From contig DJPE01000092.1 in assembly GCA_002439705.1 (NCBI GenBank), forward strand, positions 1-24,000: DNA of 24,000 nucleotides, read 5' to 3'. The stretch is from Christensenella sp. UBA6420. GTDB lineage: Bacteria > Bacillota > Clostridia > Christensenellales > DTU072. The position numbers were made by a program, and so were the translations under genes. How positions within the stretch are numbered: position 1 is the stretch's first letter; every line of letters starts with the position of its first letter. The notes below the pieces were generated by a model, which saw only the letters and a program-made list of their open reading frames with translations, ran no database searches and was not told where the DNA came from. Positions 1 through 9,440 of this stretch are shown here, piece by piece.

Positions 1-2
1 AA

Positions 3-530
<528 letters not shown>

Positions 531-551
531 TTTTTTACTTGAAGTCGAAGT

Positions 552-577
552 AAGCGGTCGGTTGCGACCGCTTTTTT
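552..577 (+). terminator. Rho-independent terminator after ligA
   Basis: Perfect 9-bp stem AAGCGGTCG (552-560) / CGACCGCTT (565-573) with loop GTTG, running into a T6 tract (572-577), 22 nt after the ligA stop. Confidence 0.85.
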
Positions 578-695
578 GCTTATAAACGCGGAAAAACGGA
601 AATAAAGTCGGTTTCACGCGGATTTTAATCCGGAAATAAACCTGCCGAAAATCTTATACGTTGTTATGAGCTATTATTATATATAAAAATAATCG

Positions 696-724
696 TTGTC
701 AAAAATAGTAATGTATGATAAAAT
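696..724 (+). promoter_or_regulatory. SigA-type promoter with extended -10 for yicC-gmk-rpoZ...
   Basis: TTGTCA (696-701), 17-nt spacer, TGaTAAAAT (716-724). The expected transcription start near 731 lies upstream of GGGAG (741-745) and ATG 753. Confidence 0.6.
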
Positions 725-752
725 AAATTATCATTTGCAAGGGAGCAATTAT

Positions 753-1625
753 ATGAAAAGTATGACGGGTTACGGCAAAGGAATAGCCGAAACCGACGAA
801 AGAAAAGTCACGGTCGAGTTAAGGACGGTTAATCACCGCTTTTTAGACGTAGCGACGAAGTTGCCGCGAATGCTCGTTTACTGCGAAGACGCGGTAAAAA
901 AGACCATCTCTTCGTACCTTACGCGGGGGCACGTCGACGTATACGTAAACTACGAAGACAAAAGACAGGGAAAGTCGGCTATACAACCCGATATAGTGCT
1001 TGCCAAACGCTATCTCGAGATAGGGAAAGAACTGGAAGCGATAGGTCTTACGAACGATCTTACCGTTTGCAGCGTTATGAAAATGCCCGAAGTCCTTGCA
1101 TTGCAGAGCGAAGAAGACGACGAGAACGAAGTGGTCGCTTTGACGAAAAAGGCTACCGAGTCGGCTTGCCAAAAACTCGTTGAGATGAGAGCTGCGGAAG
1201 GGGCAATGTTAAAGACCGATATGCTTACCAAGCTCGACGAAATCGAAAGACTCACGAAAGAAATAGAAGAACGCGCCCCGCAGGTCAGCGCGGAACACGG
1301 AGAAAAGTTAAGACAGAGAATAGAAGAGAGTCTTAACGGAGTAGCTCTGGACGAAACCAAATTGCTTAACGAAATATGTTTCTACGTCGACAAAATAAAT
1401 ATCGACGAAGAAATAACCCGTCTTAAAGGTCACATAGCACACGGAAGAGCGATTTTTGATGAGAAAGGCGCCGTCGGGAAGAAACTCGATTTTCTCGTGC
1501 AGGAAATGAACAGGGAAGTAAACACGACGGGAAGTAAAAGTAACGACCTTTACATAACCGAAAGGGTTTTGTCGTTAAAGAACGAAGTTGAAAAATTAAG
1601 AGAGCAGGTTCAGAATATCGAATAG
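753..1625 (+). CDS. yicC: YicC/YloC family protein (stress-induced endoribonuclease family)
   Basis: Starts MKSMTGYGKG, the typical YicC N-terminus. The C-terminal part reads DEEITRLKGH...KKLDFLVQEMNREVNTTGSKS. GGGAG lies 7 nt upstream of ATG 753. The ORF-track start at TTG 696 coincides with the -35 box and is rejected. Confidence 0.85.
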   Translation: MKSMTGYGKGIAETDERKVTVELRTVNHRFLDVATKLPRMLVYCEDAVKKTISSYLTRGHVDVYVNYEDKRQGKSAIQPDIVLAKRYLEIGKELEAIGLTNDLTVCSVMKMPEVLALQSEEDDENEVVALTKKATESACQKLVEMRAAEGAMLKTDMLTKLDEIERLTKEIEERAPQVSAEHGEKLRQRIEESLNGVALDETKLLNEICFYVDKINIDEEITRLKGHIAHGRAIFDEKGAVGKKLDFLVQEMNREVNTTGSKSNDLYITERVLSLKNEVEKLREQVQNIE

Positions 1626-1626
1626 T

Positions 1627-2232
1627 ATGAAAAAAGGAATATTGTTTGTCGTATCGGGTCCGAGCGGAGCGGGAAAAGGCACCGTTATGGGCGAAGTGTT
1701 TAAGAGAATAGACGATTTGAATTTTTCCGTGTCGGCTACGACGAGAGCGCCGAGGAACGGAGAAAGAGACGGAGTAAATTACCGCTTCGTGACGAACGAA
1801 GAGTTCGACAGAATGATAGCGGAAGGCGAAATGCTCGAATTTATCGAAAAGTTCACAAACCGCTACGGAACCCCTAAATTCGCGGTGGAAAGTTTGCTTA
1901 ATCAAGGCAAAGACGTCCTTTTGGAGATAGAAACAACCGGCGCGAGCAACGTAAAAAGACTTATGCCGGAGTGCGTAAGCATATTTATTGCGCCGCCGTC
2001 TTTATCGGCTTTGTGGGACAGGCTTTCGGGAAGAATGACGGAGTCAGAAGAAGAAAGGCAGTTACGTTTTAACGTAAGCAAGGAAGAAATAGAGTGCGCG
2101 AGACATTACGACTATATCGTAATCAACGACGAAGTAAGTCTCTGCGCCGAAAGAATAATCGGTATTATCGAAGCGGAAAGAAGCAAAGTTTTTCGCAACG
2201 AAGATATAATAAATCAAATTTTGAATAACTAA
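1627..2232 (+). CDS. gmk: Guanylate kinase
   Basis: P-loop GPSGAGKGT, SATTRAPRNGE.DGVNYRF, length 201 aa. Starts 1 nt after the yicC stop. Confidence 0.95.
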   Translation: MKKGILFVVSGPSGAGKGTVMGEVFKRIDDLNFSVSATTRAPRNGERDGVNYRFVTNEEFDRMIAEGEMLEFIEKFTNRYGTPKFAVESLLNQGKDVLLEIETTGASNVKRLMPECVSIFIAPPSLSALWDRLSGRMTESEEERQLRFNVSKEEIECARHYDYIVINDEVSLCAERIIGIIEAERSKVFRNEDIINQILNN

Positions 2233-2252
2233 TACGGAGGTACAGGATAGTT

Positions 2253-2447
2253 ATGATGATAGAACCGCCTATTGACAAACTTATTAAGAAAGCGCCCTGC
2301 CGCTACGCGCTCGTATGCGGACTGGCAAAGAGAGCGAAAGAACTCAATTCCACTAAGCTGCATGAATTGGAAGAGGCGCATATTAATGCGATAAGCTACG
2401 CTGCCGAAGAAATTTACAGCGGAAAAATCGAAATCAAAGTCGACTGA
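2253..2447 (+). CDS. rpoZ: DNA-directed RNA polymerase subunit omega
   Basis: 64 aa, PPIDKLIKKAPCRYALVCGLAKRAKEL. Sits in the conserved position between gmk and coaBC. Confidence 0.85.
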   Translation: MMIEPPIDKLIKKAPCRYALVCGLAKRAKELNSTKLHELEEAHINAISYAAEEIYSGKIEIKVD

Positions 2448-3622
2448 TGAAAAAGACTGTTCTCGTGGGAGTGAGCGGGGGTATTGCCGCTTATAAGTCC
2501 TGCGAGCTGGTGAGCTTACTGCGAAAACGCAATTATAACGTCAAAGTGGTGATGACGAAAAACGCAACGGAATTCGTTGCGCCTTTGTCGTTCGAAACTT
2601 TGTCGAACAACGAAGTTATGCTCGACACTTTCGCCGAAAAGAAAAAGTTTGACGTCAAGCACGTTTCCATAGCGAAAGAAGCCGACCTTTTCGTAGTCGC
2701 GCCCGCGACGGCGGACGTCATAGCGAAGTTCAGTAACGGGATTTGCGACGATATGCTGACGACTACTTACGCCGCATTTTTCAAGCCCGTGCTTATTTGC
2801 CCCGCAATGAACACGAAAATGTACGAAAACGAAGCTAATTTAAGGAATATGGAATTTCTTAAAAGCAAAGGCAACCTTTTTCTGGATTCGGAAACGGGCT
2901 TCTTGGCGTGCGGCGACGTAGGTAAGGGCAGAATGGCGGAAGCCGTGACGATAGCCGATAAGGTGGACGAAATTCTTACCCCACAGAGCGATTTCAGGGA
3001 TAAGACCGTTCTTATCACGGCGGGAGCTACGGTGGAAGACATAGACGGAGTGCGTTTTATAAGCAATTATTCTTCGGGCAAGATGGGAGTCGCGTTAGCC
3101 GACGCGGTTACCGAACGGGGCGGAAAAGTAATTTTCGTCCGCGGCAACACGAGCGTACCCGACCCCGACGGTTGCGAAATAATAAAGGTAAAGTCAACTT
3201 CGGATATGTACGAAGCCTGCCTTAATAATCTAAGTAGATGCGACGTAATAATAAAAGCCGCCGCGCCTGCCGATTATCGCCCCGAAAAGGTATACGACAA
3301 TAAGATTAAGTCCGATACGCTCACCCTTAAATTAGTCAAGAACCCCGATATAGCGAAAGCTATCGGAGAACGGAAAGGGAACAGGATTCTGGTTGCGTTC
3401 GCGGCGGAAACCACCGACTTGTTGACTAACGCCAGCGAAAAACTAATTAAAAAGAACGCCGATATGATAGTCGCCAACGACCTTAAACAGGAAGGGGCGG
3501 GGTTCGGCGTGGATACGAATATCGCTACGATTATTTACGCCGACGGGCGGATGGAAAGTTTGCCTATTATGGACAAACGAGTCCTTGCCCATTGTATTCT
3601 GGACGGGATACTTTCCGTATGA
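2447..3622 (+). CDS. coaBC: Bifunctional phosphopantothenoylcysteine decarboxylase / phosphopantothenate-cysteine ligase
   Basis: The N-terminal flavoprotein half reads VGVSGGIAAYKSCELVSLLRK...PAMNTKMYEN. The C-terminal DFP/CoaB half reads ITAGATVEDIDGVRFISNYSSGKMG...AAAPADYRP. The start overlaps the rpoZ stop (TGATG). Confidence 0.95.
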   Translation: MKKTVLVGVSGGIAAYKSCELVSLLRKRNYNVKVVMTKNATEFVAPLSFETLSNNEVMLDTFAEKKKFDVKHVSIAKEADLFVVAPATADVIAKFSNGICDDMLTTTYAAFFKPVLICPAMNTKMYENEANLRNMEFLKSKGNLFLDSETGFLACGDVGKGRMAEAVTIADKVDEILTPQSDFRDKTVLITAGATVEDIDGVRFISNYSSGKMGVALADAVTERGGKVIFVRGNTSVPDPDGCEIIKVKSTSDMYEACLNNLSRCDVIIKAAAPADYRPEKVYDNKIKSDTLTLKLVKNPDIAKAIGERKGNRILVAFAAETTDLLTNASEKLIKKNADMIVANDLKQEGAGFGVDTNIATIIYADGRMESLPIMDKRVLAHCILDGILSV

Positions 3623-5793
3623 TATACGAAGTCATCGTAGATATAAGCAACGGCGAAGTAGACAAAGTATTCGATTATTCTTCGGATAAGGAATACGAAG
3701 TCGGCGCAAGAGTAAAAGTTCCCTTCGGCAACAGAACCACCGAAGGGTTTATTATCGGAAAAAAAGATTCCACTACGGTTAAGACCAAAGATATAATCTG
3801 CGCTCTCGACGATTTCACGGCGATTAGTTCCGACCTTATTCCGCTCGTCAAGTACTTAAAAAACGAAAAGAATTTACGCCTTATAGACGGTTTACGCCTG
3901 TGCGTACCGAGTAAGTTAAGGGGCGACGGAATACGGACGAAAACGAAAGGGTATCTAAGGCTCGACGTGGACGCGGATATTGCGAGACCCCTTATAAAAA
4001 AGAGCGCGGTAAAACAGCTCGCTCTGCTCGAAAGACTATCTTCGGGGGGCGGATATTATACCGACCTTACGGAAGAATTCGGAGCGTCAGCAGTTAAAGG
4101 ACTTATAGATAAAGGGATAGCCGTAAGAGAAGAAATCGCGGTGAGAAGAACACCATACGAAGGGTTCGTCCTGCAAAATAAGACGGTAGTCTTTACCGAA
4201 GAACAGCAAAAAGCTATCGACTTTTTGGAAAAGTCCACGGGTACTACGCTCGTGCACGGCGTTACCGGCAGCGGTAAGACGGAAATATATATGCGCCTTA
4301 TTGCCGACGCTCTTAAAGAAAACAAAACGGCAATTATGCTCGTACCCGAAATAAGCCTTACGCCGCAAATGCTCGGTCTTTTCAGGGCAAGGTTCGGCGA
4401 TAACGTGGGACTTATTCACAGCGGAATGAGCGACGGAGAAAGGTTCGACGAGTGGTTAAGACTCCTTACGGGAGAAGCAAAAGTAGCTTTGGGCGCAAGG
4501 TCGGCTATATTCGCTCCGCTAAAAAACATCGGAGTAATAATTATAGACGAAGAGCACGACGGAAGCTACGTAAGCGAGTCTAATCCGAGATACTTTACCC
4601 GTGACGTGGCGGAATTCAGAGCTAAATATAACGGCGCGAAACTTATTTTAGGCAGTGCGACGCCGTCTCTTAACACCTATAAGGAAGCGAAAGACGGACT
4701 CATAAATTTAGTTACGTTAAATAAAAGAGCCAATAATTTCCCTTTGCCCGATATGGAAGTAGTTGACATGCGGAAAGAGATAAGAGCGGGCAATAACGGA
4801 ATTTTTTCCCGCAGGCTGTTATCCGACCTTGACGAAACGATAAAAAAAGGCGAACAAGCCATGATTTTTATCAACCGACGGGGATTTTCTTCCTTCATAA
4901 GGTGCAAGGTGTGCGGATACGTGCCTAAATGCACCGACTGCGAAGTGAGTTTAACTTACCATAAGGAAGATAACCGCCTTAAATGCCACTACTGCGGAAA
5001 ACAGTACTATATGATTTCCCGCTGTCCCGAATGCGGAAACGAACGCCTTTCGTTGGGACGGATAGGAACGGAAACCGTGGTGGCGGAGATAAACAAAATT
5101 TTTCCCGAAACGAAAGTTTTGCGGTTGGATAACGACACTTCGTCGGGTAAAGACGGAGCGGCGAAAATATTACAGGCGTTCAGGGAAAAACAGGCGCAGG
5201 TTCTCGTAGGCACGCAGATGATAGTAAAGGGTCACGACTTTAAGGACGTCACGCTCGTAGGAGTGCTCGACGCCGATTTAAGTCTTTACTATTCCGACTA
5301 CCGCAGCAACGAAAATACCTTTCAGCTTATTACGCAGGTAGCGGGCAGAGCGGGCAGAGCGGATAAACCGGGTAAAGTGGTAATTCAGACCTATAATCCG
5401 CATCATTACGTTTTTCGTTTTGCGGAAAACTACGATTACGTCGGCTTTTACGAAAAGGAAGCGAGCGTAAGAGAAGCGACTTCTTTTCCGCCGTTTTCAA
5501 AGATAGCGAGAATACTCGTAAAATCGGAAGACGAAGAAAAGGCTTTAAGTTCTGCGAGAGCGTGTTATAACGCAATAAGCGCGGAAAGGAAAAATCACAC
5601 GGGGATATTCCGCTTGCAGGCTATGCGCGCGCCCATATCGAGAATAAACAAAGAATATCGTTTTCAGATAGTGGCATGGATAAAGAGCGAAGAAGAAAAA
5701 GACGTCGTGCCGATAATATACAAGAAAGCCGACGAAGTTAATAAAAAAGGCGTGGTAAGTTTCGTTGAGATAAACCCCACGCAAATGAGATAA
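3619..5793 (+). CDS. priA: Primosomal replication restart helicase PriA
   Basis: Walker A GVTGSGKTE, DEEHD box, and zinc-binding CKVCGYVPKCTDC...CHYCG...CPECG. The N-terminus MIYEVIVD...VKVPFGNRTTEGFI is typical of PriA. ATG 3619 overlaps the coaBC stop (ATGA), so I prefer it to the ORF-track start at 3592. Confidence 0.93.
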   Translation: MIYEVIVDISNGEVDKVFDYSSDKEYEVGARVKVPFGNRTTEGFIIGKKDSTTVKTKDIICALDDFTAISSDLIPLVKYLKNEKNLRLIDGLRLCVPSKLRGDGIRTKTKGYLRLDVDADIARPLIKKSAVKQLALLERLSSGGGYYTDLTEEFGASAVKGLIDKGIAVREEIAVRRTPYEGFVLQNKTVVFTEEQQKAIDFLEKSTGTTLVHGVTGSGKTEIYMRLIADALKENKTAIMLVPEISLTPQMLGLFRARFGDNVGLIHSGMSDGERFDEWLRLLTGEAKVALGARSAIFAPLKNIGVIIIDEEHDGSYVSESNPRYFTRDVAEFRAKYNGAKLILGSATPSLNTYKEAKDGLINLVTLNKRANNFPLPDMEVVDMRKEIRAGNNGIFSRRLLSDLDETIKKGEQAMIFINRRGFSSFIRCKVCGYVPKCTDCEVSLTYHKEDNRLKCHYCGKQYYMISRCPECGNERLSLGRIGTETVVAEINKIFPETKVLRLDNDTSSGKDGAAKILQAFREKQAQVLVGTQMIVKGHDFKDVTLVGVLDADLSLYYSDYRSNENTFQLITQVAGRAGRADKPGKVVIQTYNPHHYVFRFAENYDYVGFYEKEASVREATSFPPFSKIARILVKSEDEEKALSSARACYNAISAERKNHTGIFRLQAMRAPISRINKEYRFQIVAWIKSEEEKDVVPIIYKKADEVNKKGVVSFVEINPTQMR

Positions 5794-5805
5794 AGGAGAG
5801 TAAAA

Positions 5806-6261
5806 ATGGCGTTAAGAAGAATTTTTCAGGACGGAGAATCCGTCCTTACCAAAGTTTGCAGACCCGTCGAGAAGTTCGACGACAGATTAGGCACGTTACT
5901 CGACGATATGAGAGAAACGATGCGCGACGCCGACGGCGTAGGTCTGGCTGCGCCGCAGGTGGGAATTTTACGGAGAATCGCGGTGGTGGAAGCCGACGAC
6001 GTTTATCTCGAACTCATCAATCCGCAAATTATAGATTTCAGCGGAGAACAGCTCGGAGAAGAAGGGTGCCTTAGCGTCGATTCGAGCAAAAATTGCAGAG
6101 TATTAAGACCGAAAACGGTCACCGTGAGAGCTTTAGACAGGAACGGAAACGAGTTTGAAAAGACGGTGAACGACCTTCCGGCAAGAGCTGTCTGTCACGA
6201 GCTCGACCATCTCGACGGAATACTTTTCTACACGAAAAACTACGACGGAGCGAAGAAGTGA
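5806..6261 (+). CDS. def: Peptide deformylase
   Basis: The three deformylase motifs are present: GVGLAAPQ, EGCLS and HELDHL. AGGAG lies upstream. Confidence 0.95.
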   Translation: MALRRIFQDGESVLTKVCRPVEKFDDRLGTLLDDMRETMRDADGVGLAAPQVGILRRIAVVEADDVYLELINPQIIDFSGEQLGEEGCLSVDSSKNCRVLRPKTVTVRALDRNGNEFEKTVNDLPARAVCHELDHLDGILFYTKNYDGAKK

Positions 6262-7181
6262 GAGTAATATTTTTAGGAACGCCCGCTTTTGCGGAAAAAA
6301 GTCTCGAAAGCATAAATAATTCCCGTCACGAAGTGGCGGCTGTCGTCACGCAACCCGACAGAATAAACGGTCGTAACAAGAAAATAACTTTCAGTCCCGT
6401 AAAGCAATACGCTCTCGATAACGGTATCCCCGTGCATCAGTTCGATAACGTGAGCAGAGAAGGGGAAGAAATTTTACGCTCTTATAACGCCGATATTATG
6501 GTCACTGCGGCGTACGGACAGATTTTAAGACAGAATATTCTCGATATCTGCCCGAAAGGAATAATTAACGTTCACGCGTCGTTACTTCCCGAATACAGGG
6601 GTTCTTCCCCCGTACAATGGGCGATAATCGACGGCAAAAAAGAACTCGGCGTAACAATTATGCAGACCGAATTAGGTATCGACACGGGCGATATGATTTT
6701 AGCCGATAAAGTTACGTTAACCGACGAAAACAGCGAAGAAGCGTTGGAAAAACTCGCCGTACTCGGAGCAAGACTCGTAGTAGAAGCTCTCGATAAAATA
6801 GAAGACGGAACTGCCGAATATAAAAAACAGGACGAAAGCAAGGCTACCCATTGCAGAATGTTACGGAAAGAAGACGGCAAATTAAGTTTCGATAAAAAAG
6901 CGGAAGAAGTCGTGAATTTCATTCGCGGAATGAATCCGTGGCCGGGAGCGTATTTTAGTTGCGAACACGGAGTAATTAAGGTTCTTAAAGCGAAAAAAAC
7001 CGATTTTTGCGGCGCGGCGGGAGAAATTCTTTTCGCCGACAACAAAAAAGGACTTATTATAGGGTGTGCCGACGGCAGCGTGGAAATTTTGAGAATAAAA
7101 CCCGAAAACGGCAAAGAAATGGACGCTAAGGCGTACCTTCTCGGAAAGAAACTGACGGTGGGGAGTAAAATAAGTGAATAA
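6258..7181 (+). CDS. fmt: Methionyl-tRNA formyltransferase
   Basis: RVIFLGTPAFA N-terminus and HASLLPEYRGSSPVQWAI. The GTG start overlaps the def stop (GTGA). Confidence 0.93.
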   Translation: MRVIFLGTPAFAEKSLESINNSRHEVAAVVTQPDRINGRNKKITFSPVKQYALDNGIPVHQFDNVSREGEEILRSYNADIMVTAAYGQILRQNILDICPKGIINVHASLLPEYRGSSPVQWAIIDGKKELGVTIMQTELGIDTGDMILADKVTLTDENSEEALEKLAVLGARLVVEALDKIEDGTAEYKKQDESKATHCRMLRKEDGKLSFDKKAEEVVNFIRGMNPWPGAYFSCEHGVIKVLKAKKTDFCGAAGEILFADNKKGLIIGCADGSVEILRIKPENGKEMDAKAYLLGKKLTVGSKISE

Positions 7182-8397
7182 CCGTTCTTTACAGGACAGC
7201 TATAATATACTGCTGCGTATTTATCGCGACGGAGCGTTTGCCAACGAAGAAATGAAATCCGTCACGAGTAAACGCACGGCAAAAATAGTATACGGCGTAC
7301 TCGATAAGCATTACGAACTTAATTATATCGTGGATTCGCTCGCCGACAGCGTAAAACCCGTTATAAAACCTTTGCTTCTCGCGGGGGCGTATTCCCTTAT
7401 ATATATGGATACGCCGCTTAACGTAGTGCTTAACGAAACGGGCGAGATACTTGACGAAGCGGGCAAAAGCGGAGTAAAAAAGTTTTGCTACGCCGTTCTT
7501 TCCAAAATTTCGAGAAAGGAATACGAGTATCCGAAAAAGAGCGACAAAAGGTATCTTGAAGTAAAATATAATCTTCCGTCTTTTCTCGTAGGTATGTTCC
7601 GTAAAGATTATCCCGACGATTACGAAAGGATAATCTCGGTAAGGGAAAGCCCGAAAATACATATCGCAAAGAACGTTTTTACCGACGAAAAAGAGATTTT
7701 CGCCGCCGACAGGAACGCCGAAAAAACCCTTACGGGGTATTTTGTCAACAACAATAAAGAAATATCCTACCTTAACTATTTAGGTAAAATTACCATTATG
7801 TCCTATCCGTCGTCTTTGGCTGCCGAAAGCGTGGCAAGAAAGTTCGGTAAAGGAAGTGTTCTCGACGCGTGCGCCGCGCCGGGCGGAAAAAGCGTATACC
7901 TTGCGATGAAAGGGCTTGACGTAGTGAGTTGCGACATATATCCGCACAGATTAGAACTTATTAAGGCTTACGCTAAGAGAATGAAAGTAAGTTTAACTAC
8001 CGTTTTGCAGGACGCGACGGAATATAACGGCGACTACAAAGAGAAGTTCGACGTGGTGTTTGCGGACGTGCCGTGCAGCGGTTTAGGGGTTTTGACGAGA
8101 AGAAAAGACGTCGTTTTTAACCGTACTTACGAAGATATAGTGGCGTTAAGCGAGTTGCAGTCGAAGATTATCGACAACGTGAGTCGTTATGTCAGAAAAG
8201 GCGGCTTGTTGGTGTATTCCACCTGTACCGTGTTCGATATGGAAAACGGGAAAGTTATAAGAAAGTTTCTGGAAAGTCACGAAGATTTCGTCAAGCAGAA
8301 AATCGAATTGCCGTACGACAACGACGGCGAGATACAGTTTTTGCCCGACGGAAAGGGTATGGAGGGATTCTATTTATGTCACCTTGCGAAAAAATAA
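7174..8397 (+). CDS. rsmB: 16S rRNA (cytosine967-C5)-methyltransferase RsmB/Sun
   Basis: SAM site DACAAPGGKS, DVPCSGLGVLTRRKD, and the catalytic Cys in YSTCT. GGGAG lies 8 nt upstream of GTG 7174. Confidence 0.88.
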   Translation: MNNRSLQDSYNILLRIYRDGAFANEEMKSVTSKRTAKIVYGVLDKHYELNYIVDSLADSVKPVIKPLLLAGAYSLIYMDTPLNVVLNETGEILDEAGKSGVKKFCYAVLSKISRKEYEYPKKSDKRYLEVKYNLPSFLVGMFRKDYPDDYERIISVRESPKIHIAKNVFTDEKEIFAADRNAEKTLTGYFVNNNKEISYLNYLGKITIMSYPSSLAAESVARKFGKGSVLDACAAPGGKSVYLAMKGLDVVSCDIYPHRLELIKAYAKRMKVSLTTVLQDATEYNGDYKEKFDVVFADVPCSGLGVLTRRKDVVFNRTYEDIVALSELQSKIIDNVSRYVRKGGLLVYSTCTVFDMENGKVIRKFLESHEDFVKQKIELPYDNDGEIQFLPDGKGMEGFYLCHLAKK

Positions 8398-9440
8398 GTT
8401 TGCAGGAACTCGATATTAAAGATTATTCCTTCGTAAAGGAATGGGGGTATCCGACGTTTCGGGCGGAGCAGATTTTTACCGCGGCGCAACTTATGAAAAG
8501 TTACGACGAGATGAACGTTCCTAAGGAGCTAAAAAACAAACTTTCCGAAAAGTTTTTCGACAGGAGCGTGGAAATCATAGAAGCGTACGTCGGTAAAGAC
8601 GGCACGGAAAAGTATCTTTACAAACTTAACGACGGAAATATAGTCGAAGGGGTGTTTATGCCGCACTCGTACGGAAACACTCTTTGCGTGTCCACGCAGG
8701 TAGGGTGCAGAATGGGTTGTAAATTCTGCGCGTCCACTCTTAACGGACTCGTCCGTAATCTTACCGCGGGAGAAATTCTGGGCGAAGTCCTTGCTGCCAA
8801 CGTTCGGCACGGCGGAACTCTTAAAAAGAGAGCTATAACAAACGTAGTCCTTATGGGCAGCGGAGAGCCGCTCGACAATTACGACAACGTGACTAAGTTC
8901 TTACGGCTGTTGTCGGCGGAAAAAGGTCTTAATATGTCTTTAAGGAACGTTTCTTTATCGACCTGCGGACTTTGCGAAAAGATAATTGAGCTTGCAGACA
9001 GCGGACTTACCGTTACTCTTACCATATCCTTACATTCGCCGTACGACAAACGCCGTTCGGAAATAATGCCGATTAACAATAAATATAACGTGGCGAGCGT
9101 AATAGAAGCGGCGAAGTATTATCTTAAAAAGACGGGCAGAAGGGTGATATTCGAGTATTCTCTCATAGAAGGAGAAAACTGTTCCGTCCGCGACGCGGAA
9201 AAGTTGGCGGAACTGTTACGTTCGATGCAGTGTCACGTCAATTTAATAAGGTTAAACCCCGTAAAGGAAAGAAACCTTAAAGGTGCCAATAAGGATTCCG
9301 TAAAGCAATTTTCGGATACCTTAACTCAACTCGGAATAAGCAATACTTTGCGTAGGTCGATGGGCAACGATATAGAAGGAGCTTGCGGACAGTTACGCAA
9401 CAAGTACATGGAGGAACGAAATAAAAGGGCAGATAGTTAA
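8376..9440 (+). CDS. rlmN: 23S rRNA/tRNA adenine-C2 methyltransferase RlmN (radical SAM)
   Basis: FRAEQIF N-terminal motif, radical-SAM CRMGCKFCAS, GSGEPLDN, and GACGQL near the C-terminus. GGAGGG lies 9 nt upstream of ATG 8376. Confidence 0.93.
   Translation: MSPCEKISLQELDIKDYSFVKEWGYPTFRAEQIFTAAQLMKSYDEMNVPKELKNKLSEKFFDRSVEIIEAYVGKDGTEKYLYKLNDGNIVEGVFMPHSYGNTLCVSTQVGCRMGCKFCASTLNGLVRNLTAGEILGEVLAANVRHGGTLKKRAITNVVLMGSGEPLDNYDNVTKFLRLLSAEKGLNMSLRNVSLSTCGLCEKIIELADSGLTVTLTISLHSPYDKRRSEIMPINNKYNVASVIEAAKYYLKKTGRRVIFEYSLIEGENCSVRDAEKLAELLRSMQCHVNLIRLNPVKERNLKGANKDSVKQFSDTLTQLGISNTLRRSMGNDIEGACGQLRNKYMEERNKRADS

Noticed and set aside
696-752. ORF-track start of yicC at TTG 696, adding 19 N-terminal residues (MSKIVMYDKINYHLQGSNY)
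   Set aside because: The TTG is part of the -35 hexamer TTGTCA of a good extended -10 promoter. YicC proteins start MxxMTGYG, and ATG 753 has a GGGAG SD at 7 nt.
3592-3618. Longer priA start at 3592 (MYSGRDTFR...)
   Set aside because: It lies wholly inside coaBC. ATG 3619 gives the typical PriA N-terminus and an ATGA stop/start overlap.
5341-5362. Tandem nucleotide repeat GCGGGCAGA GCGGGCAGA GCGG inside priA
   Set aside because: It simply encodes the conserved AGRAGRA helicase motif of PriA and is not a repeat element.
5856-6074. Arg-rich alternative-frame ORFs inside real genes (5856-6074, 10351-10557, 11113-11331, 14228-14590, 16337-16675, 18096-18326, 18955-19191)
   Set aside because: They are off-frame readings of CG-rich codons (GAC GAC GGC..., CGA/ACG/GCG). 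Composition is low-complexity R/S/G, there are no SDs, and each lies fully within a confidently identified gene.
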